The position numbers and the translations under genes are program-made. From IMG/VR virus record IMGVR_UViG_3300035672_000002, positions 1-62,787 of that record: a DNA stretch of 62,787 nt; one strand, given 5' to 3'. The stretch is from a virus. Lineage: Duplodnaviria > Caudoviricetes. The number at the start of each line of letters is the position of its first letter. Position 1 is the stretch's first letter. Below the pieces are notes generated by a model that saw nothing but the letters and a program-made list of their open reading frames with translations, was not told where the DNA came from and searched no databases. Shown one piece after another: positions 1 through 9,158 of the stretch.

Positions 1-25
1 ACATCTCAACCACCACTGACTCTCG
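1..25. repeat. Terminal direct repeat (assembly overlap), left copy
   Basis: ACATCTCAACCACCACTGACTCTCG at 1-25 is identical to 62763-62787. Confidence 0.95.
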
Positions 26-399
26 ACGATATCAACGACCCCACCGGTCAGCGTCTGCACACTTACCTCCGCACCCTCTCCTCGCGTCTCGTAGCCACGG
101 AGACGGAGCTTGCCGCGGTGAAATCCGCTCCGACCACCAAACTCGATAACAAACTAGTCGACCAGTTAACCGCACACGTCTCGCAGCAGTTGTTGTCGAC
201 CGGAGCCCACCCGCTGTCACTCACCGGACTCACTGGACTCACCGGGCAGTCGCAACGCGCCGCCGTCGTCGTATTTACTACCGACCCGACGACAACGGTC
301 AATGCTAACCTGTACGACGTCGGGACGATGGCTACGTTCGGAGCGCATATCTACTACGTAGCCGCAGGGAATCCGCATACATGGGTGACGATCATATGA
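1..399 (+). CDS. Hypothetical virion-module protein spanning the contig junction (starts at ATG 62757)
   Basis: ATG GCT at 62757-62762 continues in frame into ACA TCT CAA at position 1 (MATSQPPLTLDDIND...); open to TGA 399; ATGA overlap with the next gene. Confidence 0.8.
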   Translation, partial: TSQPPLTLDDINDPTGQRLHTYLRTLSSRLVATETELAAVKSAPTTKLDNKLVDQLTAHVSQQLLSTGAHPLSLTGLTGLTGQSQRAAVVVFTTDPTTTVNANLYDVGTMATFGAHIYYVAAGNPHTWVTII

Positions 400-872
400 A
401 CGAGAACGGGTTAGATTCAGTAGAAGACTCAATAGAAAACTCAGTAGAAGAGCCGGAAACAGCGTCAGCGGAAGCAGCGTCAGCAAACTTGCTCGTCTAT
501 CGGTTGCTCCCTACTGACGAGTGGCCCCGCGCCCTCCCGTTTCTCTCTTACTGTTCACCCGGCGGGACTGTCAGCCTCGATCCGGACTCGCAGTCGATCA
601 TCGTGGCTGAAGATCACGACGGGAACATTATCGGCGCAGCCATCGTATCAGGTGTTTTCCACGTCGCGTATTTGCTTCCGTTGGCGAAAGAGGTCAATAT
701 ATTGACTATGCAGCGCGAGGTAGAGGCTCTCCTACCCGTTGGTATCCTGTATTACGTGATGACGAGGAACGGGAAAAACGTAGAAAGCGGGGTCAATCCG
801 GTACTCGGTGCTGATCTGGGAATGGTTCGATGCGATGGAACAATTTACGTTGCGAAGGTAAAGCATGAATGA
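396..872 (+). CDS. Putative GNAT-like protein
   Basis: YRLLPTDEW...IIVAEDHDGNIIG resembles the GNAT N-terminal strands; lies just before the internal virion genes. Confidence 0.45.
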   Translation: MNENGLDSVEDSIENSVEEPETASAEAASANLLVYRLLPTDEWPRALPFLSYCSPGGTVSLDPDSQSIIVAEDHDGNIIGAAIVSGVFHVAYLLPLAKEVNILTMQREVEALLPVGILYYVMTRNGKNVESGVNPVLGADLGMVRCDGTIYVAKVKHE

Positions 873-1383
873 ACTGATGACTACTACCGGCCCCACAGTA
901 GTGGACGGGGACGTTCATGCGAAGATCGATCAACTTGAAAACGCAATCCGTTCGCAGCTTCCACCTGTAGAATTAGAGACAATTCATCACTTTGCGCCTG
1001 GCGTGTACGCGCGGGAACTGCACATCTCAGCAGGCGTCCTCCTCACGGGCAAGATTCACCGTACTCGTCACCTCAATATTGTATCCAAAGGCCGTATCGC
1101 CGTATGGTCCGAAGCGACCGGATCAACAATTATGGAGGCTCCGGCGGCATTCGTTTCAGATCCAGGGACACGTCGTGTCGGTTTCGCCTACGAAGATACA
1201 GTCTGGACCACGATCCACCCAACTGACGAGACTGATCTGGTCAAACTCGAAGAACTACTGATTGAGCCACATACACCGATACAGGTTACCGGTGCGGATG
1301 TACCGAATTTCGTACTCGAATCACTGATTCACGCACTAGTAGACGGGGGTGAGGTAGCGGGGAAGAGTGAGGTAGAGCCATGA
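865..1383 (+). CDS. Cupin-fold protein
   Basis: HHFAPGVYARELHISAG...GKIH..RHLNIVSKG...PGTRR, a pattern typical of phage cupin-like proteins. Confidence 0.7.
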   Translation: MNELMTTTGPTVVDGDVHAKIDQLENAIRSQLPPVELETIHHFAPGVYARELHISAGVLLTGKIHRTRHLNIVSKGRIAVWSEATGSTIMEAPAAFVSDPGTRRVGFAYEDTVWTTIHPTDETDLVKLEELLIEPHTPIQVTGADVPNFVLESLIHALVDGGEVAGKSEVEP

Positions 1384-2090
1384 GTTGGGTCGTTGTTGCT
1401 GGATCGGCAATCAGCGCGATCGGCGGTTACGTCGCGTCAAAGAACGCGAGTAAGAAGTCATCGGCTACGAAGCAACTCGAACAGCAGCAGCTCGATGCTT
1501 CGAAGTTCCTCATACCGTTCGGTCAGAACGCACTCTCACAAGGGACTGATGCCCTTCAGGCCCCGTTAGGATTCTATTCTCAACTGGCGCATGGAGACCG
1601 CAACTCCCTGCTTCAGTCCCTTTCTCCTCAACTCCAGTCCACCGCTGCGTCCGACCGCGCCACCCTCTCTTCAGTATCGGAGATGGGCGCACGCGGCGGC
1701 GGTTCTTCCGACTTTCTCTCCAAACTTCCATTCCAGCGCAACACTGACACCGCGAACGCACTCTTCGGCGCCCGCGTAGCCGGTAATCAAGGGGAAGCGG
1801 GAATCGGCTCCAGTCTCGCCTCCATCGGTGCGGGGGCGTTAGGATCGGGCGCGGGAATTGGAGCGCAGCAATTGAACTTCGGACTCAGCCAGAACAATCA
1901 GCAGTTCCAACAGGGTTCCGCTACCGGTCAGAGCATCTTCCAACTCCTCAAAGCATTTACTGATGCACATCCAAATAACACGAATACGAGTCCGTGGGGC
2001 CTGCCCACAGGCAGTGCTGTCTACGGACAGAACGGTGCGTGGACTCCGGGCTCCTCTACTCTGACTCCAGGAACTGGGGGTGGTGGGTGA
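1380..2090 (+). CDS. Putative internal virion/DNA ejection protein
   Basis: Gly/Ala/Ser/Gln-rich with hydrophobic N-terminus (MSWVVVAGSAISAIGG); position after the tail genes. Confidence 0.6.
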   Translation: MSWVVVAGSAISAIGGYVASKNASKKSSATKQLEQQQLDASKFLIPFGQNALSQGTDALQAPLGFYSQLAHGDRNSLLQSLSPQLQSTAASDRATLSSVSEMGARGGGSSDFLSKLPFQRNTDTANALFGARVAGNQGEAGIGSSLASIGAGALGSGAGIGAQQLNFGLSQNNQQFQQGSATGQSIFQLLKAFTDAHPNNTNTSPWGLPTGSAVYGQNGAWTPGSSTLTPGTGGGG

Positions 2091-3850
2091 GTTTCGGACT
2101 CGGAGTTCTCGCCGGCTACGGGAGTGCGCAACGTGAAGTAAACGTACGCACTCATGAAGAAGGTCTCGCCGCGGAGAAAGAGAAAAACGAGCACACCGCG
2201 ACCATCCTTCACGACTTCATGCTCCGTCCCGACATCACCCCGGAGATGGGTCAGGCCGCCCTCGGCTCTCTAATGGAGTTTTCCTCGACTCCAGGCATTC
2301 CCGGTGCGAAGGAGCGTTCTAAAGCGTTTGAGGGGCTTACTGGGGCGATGGCACAGCAGCGACAGTTCGTCTCACCGGACGTTCAGGCGAAGCGCGCCCA
2401 AGGTCAGGCTGACCAGTCTGCGGGCGCCGGAATGACCGCTACCGCCGCTGGACCAGCCGGAGGCGGCGGAATGACGTCAGTCCCAGCGATCCCTGCATTC
2501 GGAGCGCCGGGGGTGGCGATGAGCACCCGAGGGGCTGCGGAGTCGGCGACGCCGATGCCGGGTGGTGACACACGTAGGGGACTACTCTCGAAAGAGGAAC
2601 AAGCCGTCATCGCTGGTCATGCAATGGGAGCGCAGACACAGGCGATGTACGGATCAATGGGTAACCTTCCGGGATTCGGCGGTGGGAGTGCGGGTCCGGG
2701 AACTGGGGATGGTACACACATCATGTACGTCCCGAACGGTAAGGGCGGTGTCAGTCCGCACTTCATTAACGATACGGAGCAGCTTCAACAGACTCAGTAC
2801 GTCGACTCCAATGGAGATACGCAGATTGGAGCAACTAATTTCAACCGTAGGACAGGTACGTCTACTGATGGGCGAGGACGACCGGTCACAGTGCTTAAAA
2901 AGTTAGGACCAGACGGTTGGATGACCATGACCGGTGTCGGACCAGACAACACTCCGACCAAGACAGAGGAGCTGAAAAGCAACGCTGCGGGTGCTGGATC
3001 GACTCCGCAGTACGTCCCCAACAAGTTTATCAATGTCAGAGGTGCTGACAACACAGTATCAACAGTGCCCGTCAGTCCCGCCACGGGTCGCGTCACGGGT
3101 CCGGCCGCGGCCACGGGTGTAGTGCAGACGGATACGCAACTCGCGGCACAGAACGCCCGCACAGCCTCCACCGAGGTCAATACAGATCTCAAGCAGCGTA
3201 TGTACAAGGCGAATTACGACCCGACGTACCGACCTGATCTACCCACTCCAGCCGGTCAGATTCTCCTCAACATCGACAACAAACCTACGCTCGTAGGTAT
3301 GAAACAGTATCTCGCCTCCAAAGAGCCTGCTTCTGCTATCCAGCGAGCCTCTACTGCACATGTTGCACTGCCTTTGATCGACGACGCAATCTCGATGATC
3401 GAAGACCCGAAAAACGCTGAATTCTACGGGAAGATTGCTGGACGGTGGTCCGAACTTCAGACTGAAGGTCCGACTGCATTCGGAAAGAAAGTATTCGGTC
3501 CAATCGGTAGCAATGATCCACGACTATCAGCACTGCATGCAGCGGGTAAATCTATCTCTGCTTTACTGATGACCGTTCATGGAAGTCGTGCTATCGGGTT
3601 GATCGAGGATTACGAACGGTCGATGTCGATGGCAAACAGTCCCTCTGCCGCTGCCGCTGTGCTGCGTCAATACCGTAAAGTAGCTGTAGGAGCCGCCGCG
3701 GAAGCGGGACGTACTACTGTGCCGGTTACAGGCGCTTCAGGTGTTGCGACTCCGGCCTCAGGAGCCGGATCAGCAGCTGCGACACACGTCTACATCCCCG
3801 GTAGAGGTGCTGTGCCTATCACCTCTACTGTCCCCGCCGGACCACCGTAA
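2087..3850 (+). CDS. Putative internal virion/ejection protein
   Basis: GTGA overlap start; long Gly/Ala/Thr-rich ORF in the ejection module. Confidence 0.6.
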   Translation: MSFGLGVLAGYGSAQREVNVRTHEEGLAAEKEKNEHTATILHDFMLRPDITPEMGQAALGSLMEFSSTPGIPGAKERSKAFEGLTGAMAQQRQFVSPDVQAKRAQGQADQSAGAGMTATAAGPAGGGGMTSVPAIPAFGAPGVAMSTRGAAESATPMPGGDTRRGLLSKEEQAVIAGHAMGAQTQAMYGSMGNLPGFGGGSAGPGTGDGTHIMYVPNGKGGVSPHFINDTEQLQQTQYVDSNGDTQIGATNFNRRTGTSTDGRGRPVTVLKKLGPDGWMTMTGVGPDNTPTKTEELKSNAAGAGSTPQYVPNKFINVRGADNTVSTVPVSPATGRVTGPAAATGVVQTDTQLAAQNARTASTEVNTDLKQRMYKANYDPTYRPDLPTPAGQILLNIDNKPTLVGMKQYLASKEPASAIQRASTAHVALPLIDDAISMIEDPKNAEFYGKIAGRWSELQTEGPTAFGKKVFGPIGSNDPRLSALHAAGKSISALLMTVHGSRAIGLIEDYERSMSMANSPSAAAAVLRQYRKVAVGAAAEAGRTTVPVTGASGVATPASGAGSAAATHVYIPGRGAVPITSTVPAGPP

Positions 3851-6069
3851 TGCCGAAAATTGTCAAGATCGAGGGCGTAGGGAACGTCGCCTTCCCGGAT
3901 ACGATGGACGACGCTGCGATCTCGCGTGCGATCGAGACAGACATACTGTCGCAACCTGGTGTCGCGAAAAACGTCCCCGGCACCGTTGCCAACACCGCAG
4001 CGGGACGCATTGCAGCCCGTTCAGCCCAATCATCCGTTCCTCAATCTGAAGGTCCGGGGCCGGTCCGTCGATTCTTGCGGGGTGCTGGTGTCCCGACGTC
4101 GGTCCCCGAAATACAGATGATGGGTGAGAGTCTAGATCCAGTCCTCCAGCTTACCCGCGGCAATCCGCTGGCACTCGCTGGGCCTGTCGGGCTGGCGGCG
4201 GGATCGACTCTGCATGCCATCGGAGCGGGTATGGGCGATCAGGCAGGGCAGGCGATCGATGCTGCGCAGCAGCGCGACTTCAAAGGTGCTCTGCGTCACT
4301 CTCTTGGAGCCGCAGTACCGCTCATCGGTCCGCAGCTCGCTGAAGGGAACGTCGCGGGGGCGATGGGGACCGCGACGGCTCTTCTCGCCCCTATGGGCGT
4401 GGGAAAATTGGCGAGACTCCGAAGTGCTATCCCACCCCCACCCGAACTACCCGAGGTCTGGAATGGCGGTGAACCGTCGGGCTCCATGCCTGTTCACGGA
4501 GAACCCGTCACAATCCCTCCGTCCAGAATCAGTAGAGTAGGTGAATACGCGGCGAGAGAGGTGGCCGGTAAGCTGCCTGTTGTCGGTACTCACGTCGGAG
4601 ATTTGATCAAAGGGTCGATCGCTACGCGCCGGACGTCTGTCCCGGTAATAGGTACGATGGATTTATCGCAGCCAGCTGCGTACGGGAACGCTCCCGTGCA
4701 GCCCCTCATCCAACCGAATACGATCGGACCCGAATACGATCCGCGTACTCCCACCGGTACGTTCATTTCCCGTAAATCCATCCCGCTGGTCGGCGATCGT
4801 CAGTCTACAGTCCCGATCGATGGTTTCGGCCCATCGTCAGCCCCTGAAACTACCACTCCGACAACTCCGACTACACCAGACGCTTCTACTCTGCCACGTG
4901 TTTTCCGCACTACGAACGGCGTAACGCGTGAAGTTCCTAGCCCTCAATGGATCGATGAGCACCGGTCGAAGATGATCAATGAGGCTACCGATGCTGGCCG
5001 GATATCGGTGTCATCAACCGTCCCGACGTTAGAATCCCCGACTACATCCGCCGCACCTTCCTCGTCGCCACCGTCGTCTCCACCGTCTCCATCTATTACC
5101 TCGGACGGCCTAGTGGGCGAGACAGTCCGTTTCTCCCGCGGGGCGTCCCGCTCGCACGGCACAGTCCTCTCCGTAAAAGGAGATACCGCCCGTGTAGCTA
5201 CAAATAGTCTCGGAGCGTCAGTACGCGTTCCGATCTCACAGCTGACTATACTCAAGAAGCCGGTGTCCTCTGCTCCACCCACCCCGTCGGTACCTACCTC
5301 CGCCCTCGCTCCGTCTAATCCGTCTAGTCAGTCCTCTACTGTACCGACTGCATCGACTGCATCGATACAAAACGAACCGCCGTCACTCTACCGTCGTCCC
5401 GGCCCTGCCGTCGAGTTCCCGCCCGAAGGTCAACTCGACGAAAACGATTCAATGTTTATGCATCGTGAAGACGCGAACGGCAACGACTTGGAGTTCCCTA
5501 CACCCGTCCCGCCGAATCGGTTACTCCCCGCCCATTTCAAGAATGCGAGCAGTATCCAATGGGGATCGCCGTTATCGGGAAGCTTCCCTGAACGCCCGTC
5601 AGCGTTGGGTAAATTCGGGCAGGATTTCGAACACCCCGACGCTGAGCATGGACCGGGAGACTTCGCGAACACGGCACAGATAGCGAAGAGCGGAACAGAA
5701 GAACCGGCGACGTACGCACACGAGTTGAACCACGCTGTCTACGAACGCGATCTGACATCAACGCAAAAGCAGGAATTCAAGCAGGCCGTTGCCGCGGTTT
5801 GGGAAAAGGGCCACGAAGCATTTCGGAAGGACTACGACAGCGGTAAGTCGGACGCGCAAGATGCGTTCGACTCTTGGTCGGGCGCTCACGTTCCAAAGGC
5901 GGTGCGTGTATACGTGAGTGGAAAGAACGATGAACTCGGAACTCACGAAGCCTTCGCTGAACTTGGCGCGCAATACATGCTCAACCCGAGCGCGTTTAAA
6001 GCGAAATATCCAGACTGGTACGGGATGATCAAGAGGTTCTACGGCGGCAAAGAGTACATCCGCAGGTAG
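3850..6069 (+). CDS. Large putative ejection protein with C-terminal zincin (lethal-factor-like) metallopeptidase domain
   Basis: HELNH (HExxH), downstream EAFAE and KAKYPDWY; Pro/Ser linkers; N-terminal MPKIVKIEGVGNVAFPD. Confidence 0.65.
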   Translation: MPKIVKIEGVGNVAFPDTMDDAAISRAIETDILSQPGVAKNVPGTVANTAAGRIAARSAQSSVPQSEGPGPVRRFLRGAGVPTSVPEIQMMGESLDPVLQLTRGNPLALAGPVGLAAGSTLHAIGAGMGDQAGQAIDAAQQRDFKGALRHSLGAAVPLIGPQLAEGNVAGAMGTATALLAPMGVGKLARLRSAIPPPPELPEVWNGGEPSGSMPVHGEPVTIPPSRISRVGEYAAREVAGKLPVVGTHVGDLIKGSIATRRTSVPVIGTMDLSQPAAYGNAPVQPLIQPNTIGPEYDPRTPTGTFISRKSIPLVGDRQSTVPIDGFGPSSAPETTTPTTPTTPDASTLPRVFRTTNGVTREVPSPQWIDEHRSKMINEATDAGRISVSSTVPTLESPTTSAAPSSSPPSSPPSPSITSDGLVGETVRFSRGASRSHGTVLSVKGDTARVATNSLGASVRVPISQLTILKKPVSSAPPTPSVPTSALAPSNPSSQSSTVPTASTASIQNEPPSLYRRPGPAVEFPPEGQLDENDSMFMHREDANGNDLEFPTPVPPNRLLPAHFKNASSIQWGSPLSGSFPERPSALGKFGQDFEHPDAEHGPGDFANTAQIAKSGTEEPATYAHELNHAVYERDLTSTQKQEFKQAVAAVWEKGHEAFRKDYDSGKSDAQDAFDSWSGAHVPKAVRVYVSGKNDELGTHEAFAELGAQYMLNPSAFKAKYPDWYGMIKRFYGGKEYIRR

Positions 6070-6091
6070 TGATGTACTGCTGTACTATGGC

Positions 6092-6496
6092 ATGGCAATA
6101 TATCCGTCGACAAGAGAGGACCGTGGAATGCCCGGTGAGCGCGAAGAACGACGAAGTGGGGAAAATGATCGACGTGAAGATTTGGTCAAGCTGAGTCCGT
6201 GGCAGAGCCCCGGCCTCTGGGTATCGATTCTAGGATTCTTGCTCTCCCTTTCCGTCGTAGTCGGGGGGGTAGTCTCCAAGCAACTCGCAGACCTTCACAG
6301 CGACATGACTGCCTTGACGATTTCGACCACGCGGACGAACACGCAACAAGCGGCCGAGATCAAACAGCTCCAAGACGAGTTACACGAAGAGAAAGAAAAA
6401 CGTGACAAAGAATCCGGAGACCAGAGCGCGTACAATTACGATCTCAGCGGTAAATTGATCAGAATTCAAACTCGAATCGAAGATGGCAAGCCGTAA
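6092..6496 (+). CDS. Single-TM coiled-coil membrane protein (lysis cassette?)
   Basis: TM segment LWVSILGFLLSLSVVVGGVV followed by a heptad-rich C-terminus. Confidence 0.6.
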   Translation: MAIYPSTREDRGMPGEREERRSGENDRREDLVKLSPWQSPGLWVSILGFLLSLSVVVGGVVSKQLADLHSDMTALTISTTRTNTQQAAEIKQLQDELHEEKEKRDKESGDQSAYNYDLSGKLIRIQTRIEDGKP

Positions 6497-6506
6497 GGAG
6501 AACGCG

Positions 6507-6845
6507 ATGGACCCTAGTGTAAAGAAGATCATCAACAACGCAGCGTTCATCGCGTCCCTCGCACCGGAGTTGGCAATCGTGACGGCAGACGGTCGAATGC
6601 GTGTCGCAGCACAGACTCTAGGTCGCGTCGCAGCGATTTATGCGAAGATGCTGATCAGCTACAAGCCTACGGTAATCGAAGAGGAGTGGGAGGGTTGCGA
6701 GCAGGCTCAGTTGCTCATCAAGTGGATTGCTGCCGAACCAAACTCGATCGCGCCAGTATCCAACAAGGTAGTCCTGATGGATGAATGGACGTCCGAGATT
6801 TGGTCTGCTATCACCAACCTCGCAGACGGCAAGCTGCCGGCGTAA
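6507..6845 (+). CDS. Hypothetical protein
   Basis: TAAGGAG RBS before ATG 6507. Confidence 0.6.
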   Translation: MDPSVKKIINNAAFIASLAPELAIVTADGRMRVAAQTLGRVAAIYAKMLISYKPTVIEEEWEGCEQAQLLIKWIAAEPNSIAPVSNKVVLMDEWTSEIWSAITNLADGKLPA

Positions 6846-6856
6846 TCCCCCTTCTG

Positions 6857-7495
6857 ATGCCAGCCCCGCCTGACTGGTACGGCCCCGTCGCCGCGCTGGT
6901 TGGCGGGAGCACGGTCGCGTCGCTCATTACTCTTTGGTGGCAACGTCGGAAGAGTACGGCCGACGCCATCGCTGCGGATGCCGGCACCTCGGAGAAGCTG
7001 TTCGATCAGATCCGGGAACTTCGGGTCAATTACCTGAAGGCCGATGCAGCGCGTGAGGAGTGCGATCGGCAGTGCGCCGGAATGCGCACCGAACTTCAGA
7101 CGCTTCGGTCGCTACTTCCAGCGGCGATGCTTTCTGAGCGCGTCGAACGACTGTCTCCGTCCCTCTTGGCTGTGCTGGACGGTGCCTCGGACGGGTGGGT
7201 GATCTCGACGCCATCGGACGGAGCGACCTGGCTATTTGCGAACTCCGTGATCTGTAGGGCGCTCAAGATGCCTCTGGCTGACGTGCTGGCAAAAGGGTGG
7301 AGGGGACTCATCGCTCCGGAAGATCTGGAGGTTACGACCACCGTTGAAAGCGGGCAGTGGGGCGAGACAGTGACGTGCGTGAACGTCTACGTTGCGGTCG
7401 ACGGAACGAGGGTCAAGCTGCGTTGGCTTGGGATGCGGTACGCTGGCGGGATGGCGTTATCGCTTGCACGAGTAGTACCATTGCTCCCACCATGA
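6857..7495 (+). CDS. Membrane-anchored coiled-coil PAS-domain protein
   Basis: N-terminal TM and coiled coil, then LLAVLDGASDG.VI...FANSVIC...DVLAKGW..LIAPED...AVDG, matching the PAS pattern. Confidence 0.7.
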   Translation: MPAPPDWYGPVAALVGGSTVASLITLWWQRRKSTADAIAADAGTSEKLFDQIRELRVNYLKADAAREECDRQCAGMRTELQTLRSLLPAAMLSERVERLSPSLLAVLDGASDGWVISTPSDGATWLFANSVICRALKMPLADVLAKGWRGLIAPEDLEVTTTVESGQWGETVTCVNVYVAVDGTRVKLRWLGMRYAGGMALSLARVVPLLPP

Positions 7496-7746
7496 CTTCC
7501 GAACGTCGCGCCTACATCGTCGTCATCGCCCTGACCATCGGCGGGATGTGCTTTTACGGACAGAACGTGGAGCACTGGACCGTCCAAGCTATCTTCGGCA
7601 TCATTGGTGCCGGCGCCACAGCTTTTATTGCCGGCATGACCAAATCGCCAAGGGACGGCGCACTGAGCGACCTTGCCACCCCTCCAGTGACCGAAGTCCA
7701 GCAGGCCACAGATACGACCGTCAAGACGCATACGGAAGCTGTGTAA
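7492..7746 (+). CDS. Putative holin (2 TM)
   Basis: 84 aa, two hydrophobic helices, polar C-terminal tail, ATGA-coupled to the PAS gene. Confidence 0.5.
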   Translation: MTSERRAYIVVIALTIGGMCFYGQNVEHWTVQAIFGIIGAGATAFIAGMTKSPRDGALSDLATPPVTEVQQATDTTVKTHTEAV

Positions 7747-7809
7747 GAAGCTGACACGGCATCGAAGCCGCATTGACGGCTTCCCGCCGGTGTATACTCC
7801 CTCTCAATC

Positions 7810-8178
7810 ATGAACTGCTGCCGCCGACACTATCGCCCCGACTGCCTTGAACACGACTGCCGGTTCGACCGGATCGACGACACTCTCGCACTCATTCTTC
7901 ATAAACTCACCTACATCGAACTAAAACAGGAGACTCTCATGGCTAACCTCGATAAACTCACCGATGCCATCGCCCGTGAAGTTACAGTCGACAACTCGAT
8001 CATCACCCTTCTGAACGGCCTCGCCGCGCAGCTCAAAGCCGCAAACGGCGACCAGGCCGCAATCGACGCCGTCGTCGGCCAGATGACTTCCAACGCCGAT
8101 GCCATCGCCGCGGCGGTCAGCGCCAACACGCCGACCGACCCGACCTCATCCCCGGCACCTTCTACCCCGTCTACCTAG
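7810..8178 (+). CDS. Ala-rich helical protein; second in-frame start with RBS at 7939
   Basis: MANLDKLTDAIARE...AAAVSANTP; AGGAG upstream of ATG 7939. Confidence 0.65.
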   Translation: MNCCRRHYRPDCLEHDCRFDRIDDTLALILHKLTYIELKQETLMANLDKLTDAIAREVTVDNSIITLLNGLAAQLKAANGDQAAIDAVVGQMTSNADAIAAAVSANTPTDPTSSPAPSTPST

Positions 8179-8279
8179 TTCAAGCTATGGGTGTGGCGGA
8201 CCTAATCCGCTCGCCGCCCGGTCAAGTCGTGAGGACTCACCGGGCGGTACCACCTCGATCCGAAAGGAGAATCACTCCC

Positions 8280-8429
8280 ATGAATCTCAGCTCAGTCTCA
8301 CTTATCATCGCGATCGTTCTCTTTGTCGTCTCCGGCTCGTTCGTCCCCGAACCGCACCCGTGGCACAATCGGCTGATCTGTTGGGGATTGGCGTTCTTCG
8401 CAGCCAGCTTCCTTCTACTGAAGATGTAA
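8280..8429 (+). CDS. Small 2-TM membrane protein (49 aa)
   Basis: AAAGGAG RBS; two hydrophobic segments. Confidence 0.65.
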   Translation: MNLSSVSLIIAIVLFVVSGSFVPEPHPWHNRLICWGLAFFAASFLLLKM

Positions 8430-8440
8430 AGGAGTACCAC

Positions 8441-8836
8441 ATTTCACAGCTACCCTCACCGTCCGCCGTGTCCCGTCTCCTTTTTCCGCTCCTCGCCTTT
8501 GTGATCGTTGCCTCTTTCGCCGTCTCGCCGTCTCTCCACGCAGAATGCTTCTGGGTCGATCATCTCGACACGGACCCGACGTACGTCTGCGTGCCTGACC
8601 TCTACTACGTCACGATCACTCCGTCTGACACATCTGCCGCCCCTGACTGGTGCTCCTACACGCAGGGTGACCACGTCTTCCTGAAGTTCGACCACAACAT
8701 CCCCAACGCCCCGATCGAGTCCTACTACTTCATCCCGGCGTACGACACGACTACGGCGGCTCCTACCGGATTCGATTCGAGCCGCTTCTGGGTCTATAAC
8801 AACTCGGTATCAGGTTGCGGCTTCTCGATCTTTTAG
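8441..8836 (+). CDS. Secreted protein (start uncertain, possibly ATT)
   Basis: Signal peptide RLLFPLLAFVIVASFAVSPSLHA; AAGGAG 6 nt upstream of in-frame ATT 8441. Confidence 0.55.
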   Translation: MSQLPSPSAVSRLLFPLLAFVIVASFAVSPSLHAECFWVDHLDTDPTYVCVPDLYYVTITPSDTSAAPDWCSYTQGDHVFLKFDHNIPNAPIESYYFIPAYDTTTAAPTGFDSSRFWVYNNSVSGCGFSIF

Positions 8837-8843
8837 CGCTCTT

Positions 8844-9158
8844 TTAGTGCCCTGACGTCGGAACAACTTGTAGTTCCGGCGGGCGCTTCGGCTGGTTGAT
8901 GATCTTCGACTCGATCAGTCCAAGCCTCTGTACACCCGTCAGTCCGAGCCACGGCACGCACTCAGGCCCCGGACGTTCGACCATCTCATGCACAGTCTCC
9001 ACCGCTTCGTCTCCACTGACGGCCCAGACGTGAACGCCGATCTTCACCTCTTGGCCGGACGCATCGACAACCGGTGAGCCGGGGATACGTTTGAAGATCC
9101 GCGAATCGAACTCCACCAGCCACAGTTCCCTGACTTCTTCACCGTTAACGATCATCAA
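8844..9158 (-). CDS. Hypothetical protein
   Basis: Last gene of the minus-strand arm; AAGGAG RBS; overlaps the upstream gene's stop. Confidence 0.6.
   Translation of the reverse strand: MMIVNGEEVRELWLVEFDSRIFKRIPGSPVVDASGQEVKIGVHVWAVSGDEAVETVHEMVERPGPECVPWLGLTGVQRLGLIESKIINQPKRPPELQVVPTSGH

Noticed and set aside
1-25. Biological terminal repeat
   Set aside because: It falls inside a coding sequence and is best explained as assembly overlap
7773-7798. Consensus promoter TTGACG...TATACT
   Set aside because: The spacer is only 14 nt, so it is not supportable as a standard sigma70 promoter
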